Shown here: piece by piece, positions 1 through 8,754 of the stretch
How the letters are laid out: each line of letters opens with the position of its first letter
Numbering within the stretch: the first letter of the stretch is position 1
From: Polyangiaceae bacterium
Lineage (GTDB): Bacteria > Myxococcota_A > Polyangia > Polyangiales > Polyangiaceae
Reading direction: 5' to 3'
Assembly (NCBI GenBank): GCA_965222375.1
Contig: CBDCTZ010000015.1
Coordinates: 672,001 to 736,000 of the forward strand
DNA length: 64,000 nucleotides
Translations under genes and position numbers: made by a program
The notes under the pieces: generated by a model
Databases searched by the model: none
The model's input: only the letters and a program-made list of their open reading frames with translations
What the model was told of the DNA's origin: nothing

Positions 1-361
1 AAAAAGCTCGGCCAATGAGCGACCTAGTGGTGGCGTCACCTGACCGGTGTGGTTGGACGCGGGTGTTTTTTGGGGATGTGCCGGAAGCTGCCGTCATCGA
101 CGGTTCATCGCGGTGCGAGCGGGGACGTCGTCCGCGAGGCAACCGGCTGGCCCGTTCTTGGCGGAGGTCGAGGAGTTGCGCGTGCTGTTGGACCGTGAAG
201 CACCCGGGCACCTTCGCTGGCGACGCTGGTGAAGGCCTCTCTTGAATCCCCGCCATCCTGGGACGGCGTCGAGTGATCGGCGAAAACGATCTCGGCCGGA
301 TTCATCGCCACGGTCAGGATGCAGAGGATCCATGCGAAGACTACAAGGCCAAAGTTGCCCC

Positions 362-1255
362 TCAGAACGACGCGGTCGGCGGCGAGCCTCGAGTCGAGGA
401 GGGTGGCGCCGGGGATGAAGCCGGTTGGCGGGTCTGCACATGCCGACGCTTCGGCGGGGGTAGCCCGACGAGGCGCAGGAGCCGCAGTGCGTGAACGTCG
501 TTGGGACGTTTCGCAGTTGCGCGCGCAACGAGCGCTCGAGCCTCTTCGGCCCTGCCCGCGCGGATCAGGGCACGTGCTCGAAGCACTTCGGCTTCCGGAG
601 CAAGGAGGCGTTGGGGAAAGGTGCGATCATAGCGAGCAAGCACGGCAAGCACCGCAGCCGCACGTCCTTGCTTCAGCGCGCGACGAGCTTCGTCGAGCAC
701 CGCCGTCTCGGCGCGTAGTTTCTGAGCCCGAGTCTCGAAGCTAGCCACGGAGGGTTCAGGGGCGGCGACACCTTCCCTCGCGCTGGGCTCATGAGGCAGC
801 GGTGGTCGGAGAATCCCATGCGAGCCTGGCGGAGCGGCGGGTTGGACTGGAGCCGGGTGCGCGCTCGCTTGCGCTGGCGGCGCAGTCGGCGATTTCGGTG
901 CCACCGCCGCCATCGACGTTGTGGGCGTCAGCGTCGCGGCGGGATCCGGCGCTACACTCGACTCCGCAAGGTAGGAGGCGCCAGTCGCTGTCACGAGCCC
1001 CAGGAGTATTCCGGACCCGAACCACTTCGCCAACAACAGGGAGATGGCGGTCTTGGCTCCGCCGGCTCCGGTCTTGGCCACGCCGACCGCCGTGGCCGCC
1101 GCCACGCTACCCGCAATGGTCGCGGGAAGCCCCAAAGCCAGCGCCGCACTTTTCACTTGCTCGGGCGAAGGACCATCGCCTTGCGCCGACTCGAGCACCT
1201 CTTGCAGCTCGGGCTCCAGGGAGCCGCCGAGCAGGGGCCGCAGCTCGTGCCTCAC
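362..1255 (-). CDS. Putative membrane anti-sigma factor with C-terminal TPR-like helices
   Basis: Overlaps the sigma factor stop by 4 nt; TM segment, Pro/Ala linker, and ETAVLDEARRAL...RYDRTFPQRLLAPEAEVL block typical of myxobacterial ECF partners. Confidence 0.7.
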   Translation of the reverse strand: MRHELRPLLGGSLEPELQEVLESAQGDGPSPEQVKSAALALGLPATIAGSVAAATAVGVAKTGAGGAKTAISLLLAKWFGSGILLGLVTATGASYLAESSVAPDPAATLTPTTSMAAVAPKSPTAPPAQASAHPAPVQPAAPPGSHGILRPPLPHEPSAREGVAAPEPSVASFETRAQKLRAETAVLDEARRALKQGRAAAVLAVLARYDRTFPQRLLAPEAEVLRARALIRAGRAEEARALVARATAKRPNDVHALRLLRLVGLPPPKRRHVQTRQPASSPAPPSSTRGSPPTASF

Positions 1256-1800
1256 AGGTCACCTCCTAGCTTCGCCACGCCAGCGGCTTGCAAAAACAGA
1301 GCGCGCGCTCGGCGTAGACGGGTCTTCACGGTCCCCAAAGGCACCGCAAGAATGTTCGCGATTTCCTGCAGCGAATGCCCTTCGAGTTCGAACATCACGA
1401 AGGGTGCGCGCAGCTCTGCGGGGATGGCGTCCAGCCAACCATCGAGTCGTGCACGGCGCTGCTTCAGGTCCAAGAGCTGCTCGGGCGTGGCGTCGCTGGC
1501 TCGTTTCTGAACCTCACCATCGTCGGGACAATCCTTGCGTCGGGCTGCGCCTCGCCGCGCGTTGGCCGCGACCCGCTGGGCAGCTGCCGCCAAGAAGGCG
1601 CGCTCGCGGCCTCGGGTGATTTGCCCCAACTTGTCATTCGCGATCAGGAACACCTGTTGAGCGACATCGTCCACCTGCGCTTCGCTGACCCCGAGGCGTC
1701 GGATCAGCCGCCACACCCAAGTGTAGTGTTGTCGGAATAGATGCGCGAAGCGCTCCTTCGAGCTGTCCGGACCCGCCTCCACAACGGCCTGAGGCGTCAA
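1252..1800 (-). CDS. ECF-type sigma-70 RNA polymerase sigma factor
   Basis: Region 2 (VWRLIRRLGV..DDVAQQVF) and region 4 (LEGHSLQEIANILAVPLGTVKTRLRRAR). Confidence 0.93.
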   Translation of the reverse strand: MTPQAVVEAGPDSSKERFAHLFRQHYTWVWRLIRRLGVSEAQVDDVAQQVFLIANDKLGQITRGRERAFLAAAAQRVAANARRGAARRKDCPDDGEVQKRASDATPEQLLDLKQRRARLDGWLDAIPAELRAPFVMFELEGHSLQEIANILAVPLGTVKTRLRRARALFLQAAGVAKLGGDL

Positions 1801-2744
1801 AATCTCGTCTCCGCGGCAAGTCCGAGATAGGGCGCGACAGCCGGAATCTGGTGAACTTCGTCGTCTGGCCGAAAGAAGAAGCTATCCCGCACGAGGGGCG
1901 CCACTGCTCCGACCTCCGCGGACAGCGTTAGGGGGTCGACAGGGCGCACCCCCAAGCCCAGCTGTGCGCCAGGCCCGTACCAAGTCACAGCTACCGAGCG
2001 AGGCGTCGCGACTCGAGTGCCCTGCGCCGAAAGGCGCCCCAGCTCAAAAGTGGCGCAGGCTCTCGGCGACACGACATCATCGGGCGCCACGACGACGCAG
2101 ACCCCAGCGCGGGCAGCTAGCCACTCTAGCTCGGCCCTCCCAGAGGAGTTTTCGGCACTTCCTCGGGCGAGCAGGATGTCCAGACGAACCGCCGGAAGCA
2201 CCGGAGCCGTGGACTCGAACACAACCCCGCCGCTGACTCCAAGATATGGCACGAACCCCTGGTCGACGCCGCGCGCCGCGCCACCGCGAACGCCGAAGGT
2301 GGGCCGGACTGCGGTGGGTGCCGATGCGGCGGGCTTGGTCGCCGGTTGAAGTCGAGGTGACGTGGTCGCTGTGGACGGCGGTTCGGGGGTTGGCGCTTCG
2401 GCATCGGGATCGACGAGTAGCGCAAGCACCAGCGCCAGGGCCGACACCACCTCGTCGCAGTCAGCACCTTCGACCTCGCGCTCGGCTTCGACCCCGGCTT
2501 CGGCGTAGCGCAAAGTCCCTCGGGGAGGATCACTGCCGACCTCGATCCGAACGGTGACTGCTGCGGAGCCGACAACTCGCTGGGCACGATGGCTGCGCTG
2601 CTTGACCCGTGCGACCAGCTCTGCCTCAGCGGGACATCGCGCGTCGGCGGTATACTCCAGAGCATAGCTGCGCACCGCTGCGGCGTTGGTTGCGGATTGC
2701 TCGGACGCACGGGATGGGGTGGTGAGTGCGAGCATCATGAGCAC
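1797..2744 (-). CDS. Secreted/outer-membrane hypothetical protein of the ECF cluster (start uncertain)
   Basis: Signal-like N-terminus, beta-strand-rich C-terminus ending in Phe; coupled to the sigma gene. Confidence 0.6.
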   Translation of the reverse strand: MLMMLALTTPSRASEQSATNAAAVRSYALEYTADARCPAEAELVARVKQRSHRAQRVVGSAAVTVRIEVGSDPPRGTLRYAEAGVEAEREVEGADCDEVVSALALVLALLVDPDAEAPTPEPPSTATTSPRLQPATKPAASAPTAVRPTFGVRGGAARGVDQGFVPYLGVSGGVVFESTAPVLPAVRLDILLARGSAENSSGRAELEWLAARAGVCVVVAPDDVVSPRACATFELGRLSAQGTRVATPRSVAVTWYGPGAQLGLGVRPVDPLTLSAEVGAVAPLVRDSFFFRPDDEVHQIPAVAPYLGLAAETRF

Positions 2745-2820
2745 CTGCGCCGCCAATAGATTGGCTGGGCCCGGGGTTGAGCGGCACGGAGCAGCAAGGG
2801 CTCCGTGCCTCCTTTCGGGC

Positions 2821-3453
2821 TCAGATACAATTCGTGCCGTCGAAGCACTTCCCAACGGGACAGTCACACTTCTGCACGGTCTTACTGTTGCCGGGACTGC
2901 AACCGCAAGCGCCGACATTGCACGTGTTGGGAAAATCTCCACCGCCCTTGCAGCACAAGCCGGAGCTGACGACGCCCCCCGACTTCACACAAGACGTCGC
3001 CACGCCACCACCAGCGCCGGCGCTGCCACCCGCGCCACTACTGCCTCCGGCGCCTCCACTACCCGAACTGGCACAGGTCGCGCCATCCCAGCAGGTGCCC
3101 GCAGGGCAATTGCACACCTTGACGGCGTGAGTGGAGCCGGGACCACAACCGCAGGCTCCTACAGCACACATATCGGGAAAGTCCCCGGCGGAAAGGCAGC
3201 ACTCAGCGGTCGCCACACTCCCGCCCGCCTTGACGCAGGCGGAATCAGCGCCGCCGCTACCACCAGCCCCGGCAGTGCCCGCACCCCCACCCGTGCCACC
3301 TGCACTTCCTGCAGCGCCGGAGCTACCCGCGGAGCCGGAGCTTCCGCCCGTCCCGGCGTCGCTGCCACCCAGATCGTGGGCATCATCGCTGCATCCCAGA
3401 GGGACAGCGCAACAGGCGAAGGCCAAAGTCCAAGTAAGTTTCCGAAGTCGCAT
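2821..3453 (-). CDS. Cys-rich lipoprotein with two ~55-aa repeats
   Basis: Lipobox LGC, Gly/Ser linkers, two copies of CVKxGG...CC...GDFPxxCxVGACGCxPG...CxCPxGxCxDGxxC; GGAGG upstream of ATG. Confidence 0.8.
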   Translation of the reverse strand: MRLRKLTWTLAFACCAVPLGCSDDAHDLGGSDAGTGGSSGSAGSSGAAGSAGGTGGGAGTAGAGGSGGADSACVKAGGSVATAECCLSAGDFPDMCAVGACGCGPGSTHAVKVCNCPAGTCWDGATCASSGSGGAGGSSGAGGSAGAGGGVATSCVKSGGVVSSGLCCKGGGDFPNTCNVGACGCSPGNSKTVQKCDCPVGKCFDGTNCI

Positions 3454-3760
3454 GAGTACCTCCAAGGTGATACCCGAGTAATGTCCACACCAGGCGCTGA
3501 GGATTTGCCAAATCCCGAAAAAGGTAGATTCCTACAAACCCATCGCCGTCTCTTGGCGCTCGCCAGCACTCTCCGCGTCGAGCAACCGCTCAGCCATCCG
3601 AAAGCCCACTGCGCCCAAACCCAACATGCTGATCTTGTTTATTGCTCGCTCCTTCGCGCCGATGGCCTCGGGGCCCGTAACCCGAGACAGACCCTCGAGA
3701 CCGTTGAAGCCAGCGTATTCATTCCCATTGAGCGAAAAAGTGCCGGGTTTTGACTAAGAT

Positions 3761-3780
3761 ATATTCCAAAATCGGAATAT
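3761..3780. promoter_or_regulatory. LysR-type operator-like palindrome
   Basis: ATATTCC-AAAATC-GGAATAT perfect 7-bp inverted repeat overlapping the start of a LysR remnant. Confidence 0.6.
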
Positions 3781-3883
3781 GGACCGCCTCGAAGCGATGC
3801 AAGCGTTCGTGCGGGTCGTGGAGCTCGGCAGCTTCGCTCGCGCGGCAAGGAGTTGCGGGTCAAACAGTCCACGATCAGCAAGA
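3779..3883 (+). pseudogene. LysR-family regulator N-terminal HTH remnant
   Basis: Reads MDRLEAMQAFVRVVELGSFARAAR, then after a 1-nt frameshift LRVKQSTISK; homology ends there. Confidence 0.8.
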
Positions 3884-4308
3884 GGAGTTCGACCTGGGCG
3901 CAGACGCGTTCAAGTGTCCGGGCAGCTATCGCAGTGGCAACTCCTTCGAGGGGGCTGACTACAGCACCAAGCTCGTGTCACTCATCGCGCCACTGCAAGG
4001 CAAACAGCCGGAACCGCAGAAAGTGCGCGCTTTCAAACTGGACGCAGTTGGTTGCATGTGTGACCGGCAGGCCTAAGAAGAAGAAGCGAGATTGCCGCTT
4101 CACGACCAAGACCCTCGAGATGTGGGATGGCGAAATAGAGGTCGAGGTGCGCGAGTCGGCCACGGCAAAGTTGGTCGAAACCAAGACCTTCAAGGCCAGC
4201 GCCGGGCGCTGCCCCATCACCCACAAGTTTTGGAAGCACCGAGAAATCTACATGAGCAAACCCGCGTCGGGCTTTTTCAAGTACTTGAAAGAGCTCGAAA
4301 GCGGCTGA
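3884..4308 (+). pseudogene. 5'-truncated, frameshifted hypothetical gene
   Basis: Coding-like sequence switches frame near 4040-4070 (QLVACVTGRPKKKKRDCRF...ELESG); no proper start. Confidence 0.45.
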
Positions 4309-4381
4309 GCCTGGCTCCCCAAGCTGCCCCGGCCCGGGGCTCGGGTGTAAGCTGGCCGAGGGCTGTCAGTTGTGTTGGGCG

Positions 4382-5002
4382 ATGGCAAAATCGGTAGCCA
4401 GATGCCTGAGCACCGCTGCGTCGGTAGGGTTGTTGCTAGCATGCACGCAGCCCCGAGCCTCTGCCGTCCCAGAGCCCGCGCCAACGCGACAAGGCACACA
4501 AGCCCGACCCGACAGGTCGGGTGCTGCGCCTCTGCGCCCTGCGGCGCGATCCGCGAAGGCAGCGGAAAGCCTCGATCCCGGCGAGCACGAAGTGGTTTTG
4601 CATGCCCTGGCTTGCCCGGACGGGAAAGTGCGCGCAGCCGTGGTGGTCGGAGGGCAAGAAGGGGAGAGTCAGCGCTTCGGCCTGGGCAGATACACCAAGT
4701 GCCCGCGCACGGGCCACTCCAAGTTGCGGATCGAACTCGGCTGCACGAGCGCAGAGTTCCACCACGGCCCGAGTGAACCTGGCGGTGCTGTGCCCATGAT
4801 GGAGCACACGGCGCTGACGGAGATCCGGGTCACGGTCGTCGAAGACAACCTGGTGTTGCACACGCGTACCGAGCGACCCTGGATGCGTCCTGGCTACAAC
4901 GTGGAGGAGACGCGCAAGGTCCTCATGACCCTTGCGGAGCCCAATCGCGTGCAGCTTCTGAAGCCCATTCGCGAGCAGTCCGCAGCGCCGTGCGAGGATT
5001 GA
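4382..5002 (+). CDS. Hypothetical lipoprotein
   Basis: Signal peptide with LLAC lipobox. Confidence 0.6.
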   Translation: MAKSVARCLSTAASVGLLLACTQPRASAVPEPAPTRQGTQARPDRSGAAPLRPAARSAKAAESLDPGEHEVVLHALACPDGKVRAAVVVGGQEGESQRFGLGRYTKCPRTGHSKLRIELGCTSAEFHHGPSEPGGAVPMMEHTALTEIRVTVVEDNLVLHTRTERPWMRPGYNVEETRKVLMTLAEPNRVQLLKPIREQSAAPCED

Positions 5003-5123
5003 GCTCCGAACCGCCCAGCCTGACTGGATGTGGCGGCGAAGTGGGCTGCTAATGGGCAACTTCCGGCTGCTAAGCGGCGCTCAGGCCCGGGGCCCGAGAG
5101 GTGTGCTAGCGTTTTTGGTTGGG

Positions 5124-6293
5124 ATGAGCGCACAAGGCGGGCGCAGCATCGGACGCTACGTGCTGTTCGACCAGATCGCTTCCGGCGGCATGGCGACGGT
5201 GCACCTTGGGCGCCTGGTGGGTCCGGTGGGATTTGCGCGCACGGTGGCCATCAAGCGCTTGCACGCACAGTTTGCCGGCGATGCCGAATTCGTGCGGATG
5301 TTCTTGGACGAAGCTCGCTTGGCAGCACGGATCCATCACCCCAACGTGGTGCTGACCCTGGATGTGGTGGCCCTCGAAGGCGAGGTCTTCCTGGTGATGG
5401 AACACGTCCAGGGGCAATCCCTGTCCAAGCTCGTCTCCGCCAGCGTGGCGCAGAAGGACCGAGTGCCGACACCCATCGCGCTAACCATCCTGACTGGCCT
5501 GCTCGATGGGCTGCACGCGGCCCACGAGGCGAAGGGCGAAAACGGCGAACCGCTACAGATCGTCCATCGGGACATCTCGCCGCAGAACGTGCTGGTCGGT
5601 TCGGACGGCGTGGCGCGGGTCTTGGATTTCGGTGTGGCGAAGGCCGCAAACCGGTTCAGCGACAGCACCGGCGAAGGCAGCATCAAGGGCAAGTTGGCCT
5701 ACATGGCGCCGGAGCAGGTCGCGGGTGGCAGCGTGGATCGGCGCACGGATATCTTTGCGGCCTCGGTGGTTGCCTGGGAGGTGTTCTGCGGGAAGCGCTT
5801 GTTCGCATCGAATCAGCCGAGCAACACGCTCAAGAACGTGTTGGAAAAGCGGATCCCGCGCCCGTCGTCAGTGGTGCCCACCTTGTCCCGCGCTGTGGAC
5901 GCCATCGTGCTTCAGGGACTCGAGCGGGATCCGGACAAGCGCTTTCAGACCGCCGAAGGGATGTCTGTCGCCATCGAGAAGGCCAGCAAGCACGCCTCCA
6001 CCCGGGAAGTGGGCGCTTGGGTCCGAGAGGTGGCCAAAGCCGCTCTCGATGAGCGCAGCGCAAAGCTGGCGCGCGTCGAGGGCATGACACCTCCAAACAC
6101 AGAGGGCCTCGCTGCGGCCACGGCGGACATTGCCGCGACGCAAACGTCGGTGCCAGAATTGCCGGAAAGAACCGGGACTCCGAGTCAACCGCCCTCGCAG
6201 AAAACGGATGTGTCCTTCGAGACTGCGCGAGGGTCGATCCCAGTGCGCTGGAAACCTCGCTATCAAGCACACCCAACGCCTGGATCACCATGA
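5124..6293 (+). CDS. Hanks-type Ser/Thr protein kinase, probably C-terminally truncated
   Basis: GGMATV, VAIK, HRDISPQN, DFG and YMAPE motifs; no TM/extracellular part, ends in unrelated sequence. Confidence 0.88.
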   Translation: MSAQGGRSIGRYVLFDQIASGGMATVHLGRLVGPVGFARTVAIKRLHAQFAGDAEFVRMFLDEARLAARIHHPNVVLTLDVVALEGEVFLVMEHVQGQSLSKLVSASVAQKDRVPTPIALTILTGLLDGLHAAHEAKGENGEPLQIVHRDISPQNVLVGSDGVARVLDFGVAKAANRFSDSTGEGSIKGKLAYMAPEQVAGGSVDRRTDIFAASVVAWEVFCGKRLFASNQPSNTLKNVLEKRIPRPSSVVPTLSRAVDAIVLQGLERDPDKRFQTAEGMSVAIEKASKHASTREVGAWVREVAKAALDERSAKLARVEGMTPPNTEGLAAATADIAATQTSVPELPERTGTPSQPPSQKTDVSFETARGSIPVRWKPRYQAHPTPGSP

Positions 6294-6451
6294 AGGTGTC
6301 CCTGAAGGGCAACACCTTTCGCTGCTGGGTTCCGGAGGAACCGGATGTGGACCTCACGATCTCGGACTCGACCTACGCAAGCGGCGCTCCGGGATTGAAA
6401 ACCTACCAGATGGCCGCTGAGCACGACTACTTCCGCGTCAGCCCGAACTAA
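6290..6451 (+). pseudogene. C-terminal fragment of a beta-sandwich (ConA/glucanase-like) domain
   Basis: MKVSLKGNTFRCWVPEEPDVDLTISDSTYASGAPGLKTYQMAAEHDYFRVSPN*. Confidence 0.5.
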
Positions 6452-6455
6452 GCGC

Positions 6456-7305
6456 ATGACGATGCGACCGATCCAGCGGCTACTCGGCGCGACCACCTTC
6501 GCCAGCGCATTGACGGCACCCGCGTTGCATACCGCAGCTCAAGACGCTGAAGCGTGCGTTTCCCTTGCACACTTCGGGGCAGCACTTGAAAGAGAAGGGC
6601 AAGTGGGTGCAAGCCCGAGAGAGTTTCGTCAAATGCGCCTTGGACTCATGCCCCAACGTGGTGCGAGAGGAGTGCGGGAAACTACTTTCATCGCTGGATG
6701 CCAGCATTCCCAGCGTTGTCTTTCAGGCCATAGATGCCAAGGGGCAGCCGACGTCCTCGGTCGAGGTGCGCCTGGATGGGAAGGTCTTCCTGAGGGAACT
6801 GAAGCCGACTGCCGTACCCCTGGATCCTGGCCAGCACCGGTTAACATTCCGCAGCAGCGACGGCAGCGAAGTCGAAAAGACGATCACCGCCGTGGAAGGT
6901 CAGAAGAACCAGCTGGTCGGCATCGACTTCAAACCCAAGCCGCAGCTGAAGCGCGCACCGGTGCGGCGCAAGAAGGTCGTGGAGGACACGGGCGGAAGGA
7001 TTCCGGTGGGCGCATACGTGCTTGGCAGCGTCGCCGTCGTGGGGCTCGGTAGCTTTGGCTACTTTTCTCTCACCGGGAAGAGCAAACAGTCAGATCTGGA
7101 AGACAGCTGCGCGCCTCGTTGCAGTGACGACGACTACGACGACATGCAGCGCAACTACGTGATCGCCGACATATCTCTGGGCGTCGCGTTGATCGCGGGC
7201 GGTGTGGCCACCTGGCTGGTGTTGGATAGTTCGAAGGAAGAAAAACGAGTGGGCGTCGTGCCGCTGCGCTCTGGCGCGGCGGCGAGTTTCCAGGGGCGGT
7301 TCTGA
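6456..7305 (+). pseudogene. PEGA-like/TPR myxobacterial membrane protein, frameshifted near 6565
   Basis: Signal peptide in the 6456 frame, body (GKWVQARESFVKCA...VPLDPGQH...two TM helices) in the 6565 frame. Confidence 0.65.
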
Positions 7306-7442
7306 GCGATGCCTGTTGGGCCAACTGGGGCGCCCGACGGTGGTTTGCGGCGACGGAGCTGGTTGGGTCGCTTGGGGGCAAAGTTGGCGCTTCGGCGACG
7401 TGGCGCCAACGCGCTCATCTTGAGTGCTGGCCTCGTAGCCGG

Positions 7443-7874
7443 GTTGCGCCAGCCAACACGACTCAGGGCGGCCCGTCGCGCATCTTCACGCTCTCGCAGA
7501 ACCCTTACGAACGCAACTTCACTTTGGGTCAGGCAGGCAACCGCTACCACATGCGCTTGCGCACCACGACGACCGACGCCAACGGGGAGCCCGCCACCAC
7601 GTCATCGGCGGGTTCGCTGACCACGAACCTGACCCACGTGCTGTACACCCGCGCCAAGGACGGCTCGGCGAGGATCTACCCGAATGGTTCGATCCGGGGA
7701 ACCAGAACCGTGAGTGGCACCTTCAGCCCCTGGGTCAATTCTTACAAGCTTGGTCTTGCCAACGAACACAGCTTGAACCGCAGCTGGCGCGGCGAGCTGC
7801 ACCTCACGGCGGAGTACTCGCGGGCGCTGACTCAAGCAGAAGTCAGCCAGAACTTCGCCGTCGGCGCAGACTAG
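7443..7874 (+). pseudogene. LamG-like jellyroll domain, 5'-truncated fragment
   Basis: VAPANTTQGGPSRIFTLS...THVLYTR...WRGELHLTAEYSRALTQAEVSQNF; no start or signal peptide. Confidence 0.65.
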
Positions 7875-7915
7875 CCTGGCGGCTCCCGCGGTGCGGGGCG
7901 GGCGTGGGCGGCGAA

Positions 7916-8068
7916 TCAGGGACCAGACCAGTCGCCGTCGACGACAGACATGCTGAAGCTACCGGTCAGGGACCAGACTAGTCGCCGTCGACGACAGACA
8001 TGCTGAAGCTACCGGTCAGGGACCAGACTAGTCGCCGTCGACGACGGACATGCTGAAGCTACCGGTCA
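7916..8068. repeat. Three tandem 50-bp direct repeats duplicating the 3' end of the adjacent gene
   Basis: Unit TCAGGGACCAGACTAGTCGCCGTCGACGACAGACATGCTGAAGCTACCGG at 7916, 7966 and 8016 with 1-2 substitutions, no spacers. Confidence 0.95.
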
Positions 8069-8579
8069 CGGTCGCAGGACAGCTTCCACTTCCGAGCGCG
8101 GTGAAGTCGGCGAAGGAGAACGTGCCGACGGCGATGCCTCCCACGCCGGTATATTCGGTGAGCATCACCGAGCCGCTTCCAGCGCTGCAATCAGCGCTCG
8201 GCTGACGCCAGGTCGCGCTCGATTCCATAGTGCCAGTCCCGTATGGGTAATTGCCGATGGTCGCAGCGTTTAGATTCATGGTCACTACGCTGAACTTCTT
8301 GGTGGTCGCATTCAGATCGTAGTGCAAAGCCAGGTTGATGCCCGGCGCCCCTGAGCCGATGAAGTCGGAGAACGCCACAGCCTCGATCTGCGGATCGCAG
8401 CGGGAAGGATCGATCGCGCTCTGGGCCTCGTGATATTCGGTTCCGGCCCACGTCATCGTGTTGCTACTCTGGCAACTGGCCTTGGAACCCGTTCCGCCCG
8501 TTCCATCGGGCGTGTTGCTGCTGTCGCTGCCACAAGACACCAGGGCGAGCGCCCCCAAGAGAAAAAGGTTTGACCTCAT
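8028..8579 (-). CDS. Hypothetical lipoprotein
   Basis: MRSNLFLLGALALVSC lipoprotein signal. Confidence 0.75.
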   Translation of the reverse strand: MRSNLFLLGALALVSCGSDSSNTPDGTGGTGSKASCQSSNTMTWAGTEYHEAQSAIDPSRCDPQIEAVAFSDFIGSGAPGINLALHYDLNATTKKFSVVTMNLNAATIGNYPYGTGTMESSATWRQPSADCSAGSGSVMLTEYTGVGGIAVGTFSFADFTALGSGSCPATVTGSFSMSVVDGD

Positions 8580-8754
8580 GGCGCCCAGACTGCGTCAAAC
8601 CTCTCGATTTGTCACGATTTGCGAGTTCAACGCGGGCGTTTGGACAAACAGAGCCAGGAACGCACCCCTTCGGACATTGCCCCTTCGGGCATCACGAAGC
8701 GCGTCACAAGCGCGCCGACTGCAGTCGCGCCGGGTTACAGGCGGCTCCCAAGAC

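Noticed and set aside
1..361. Short ORFs at the window start
   Set aside because: No recognisable motif or consistent coding frame
7916..8068. CRISPR array
   Set aside because: Units are contiguous with no unique spacers, copy a coding 3' end, and no cas genes are present
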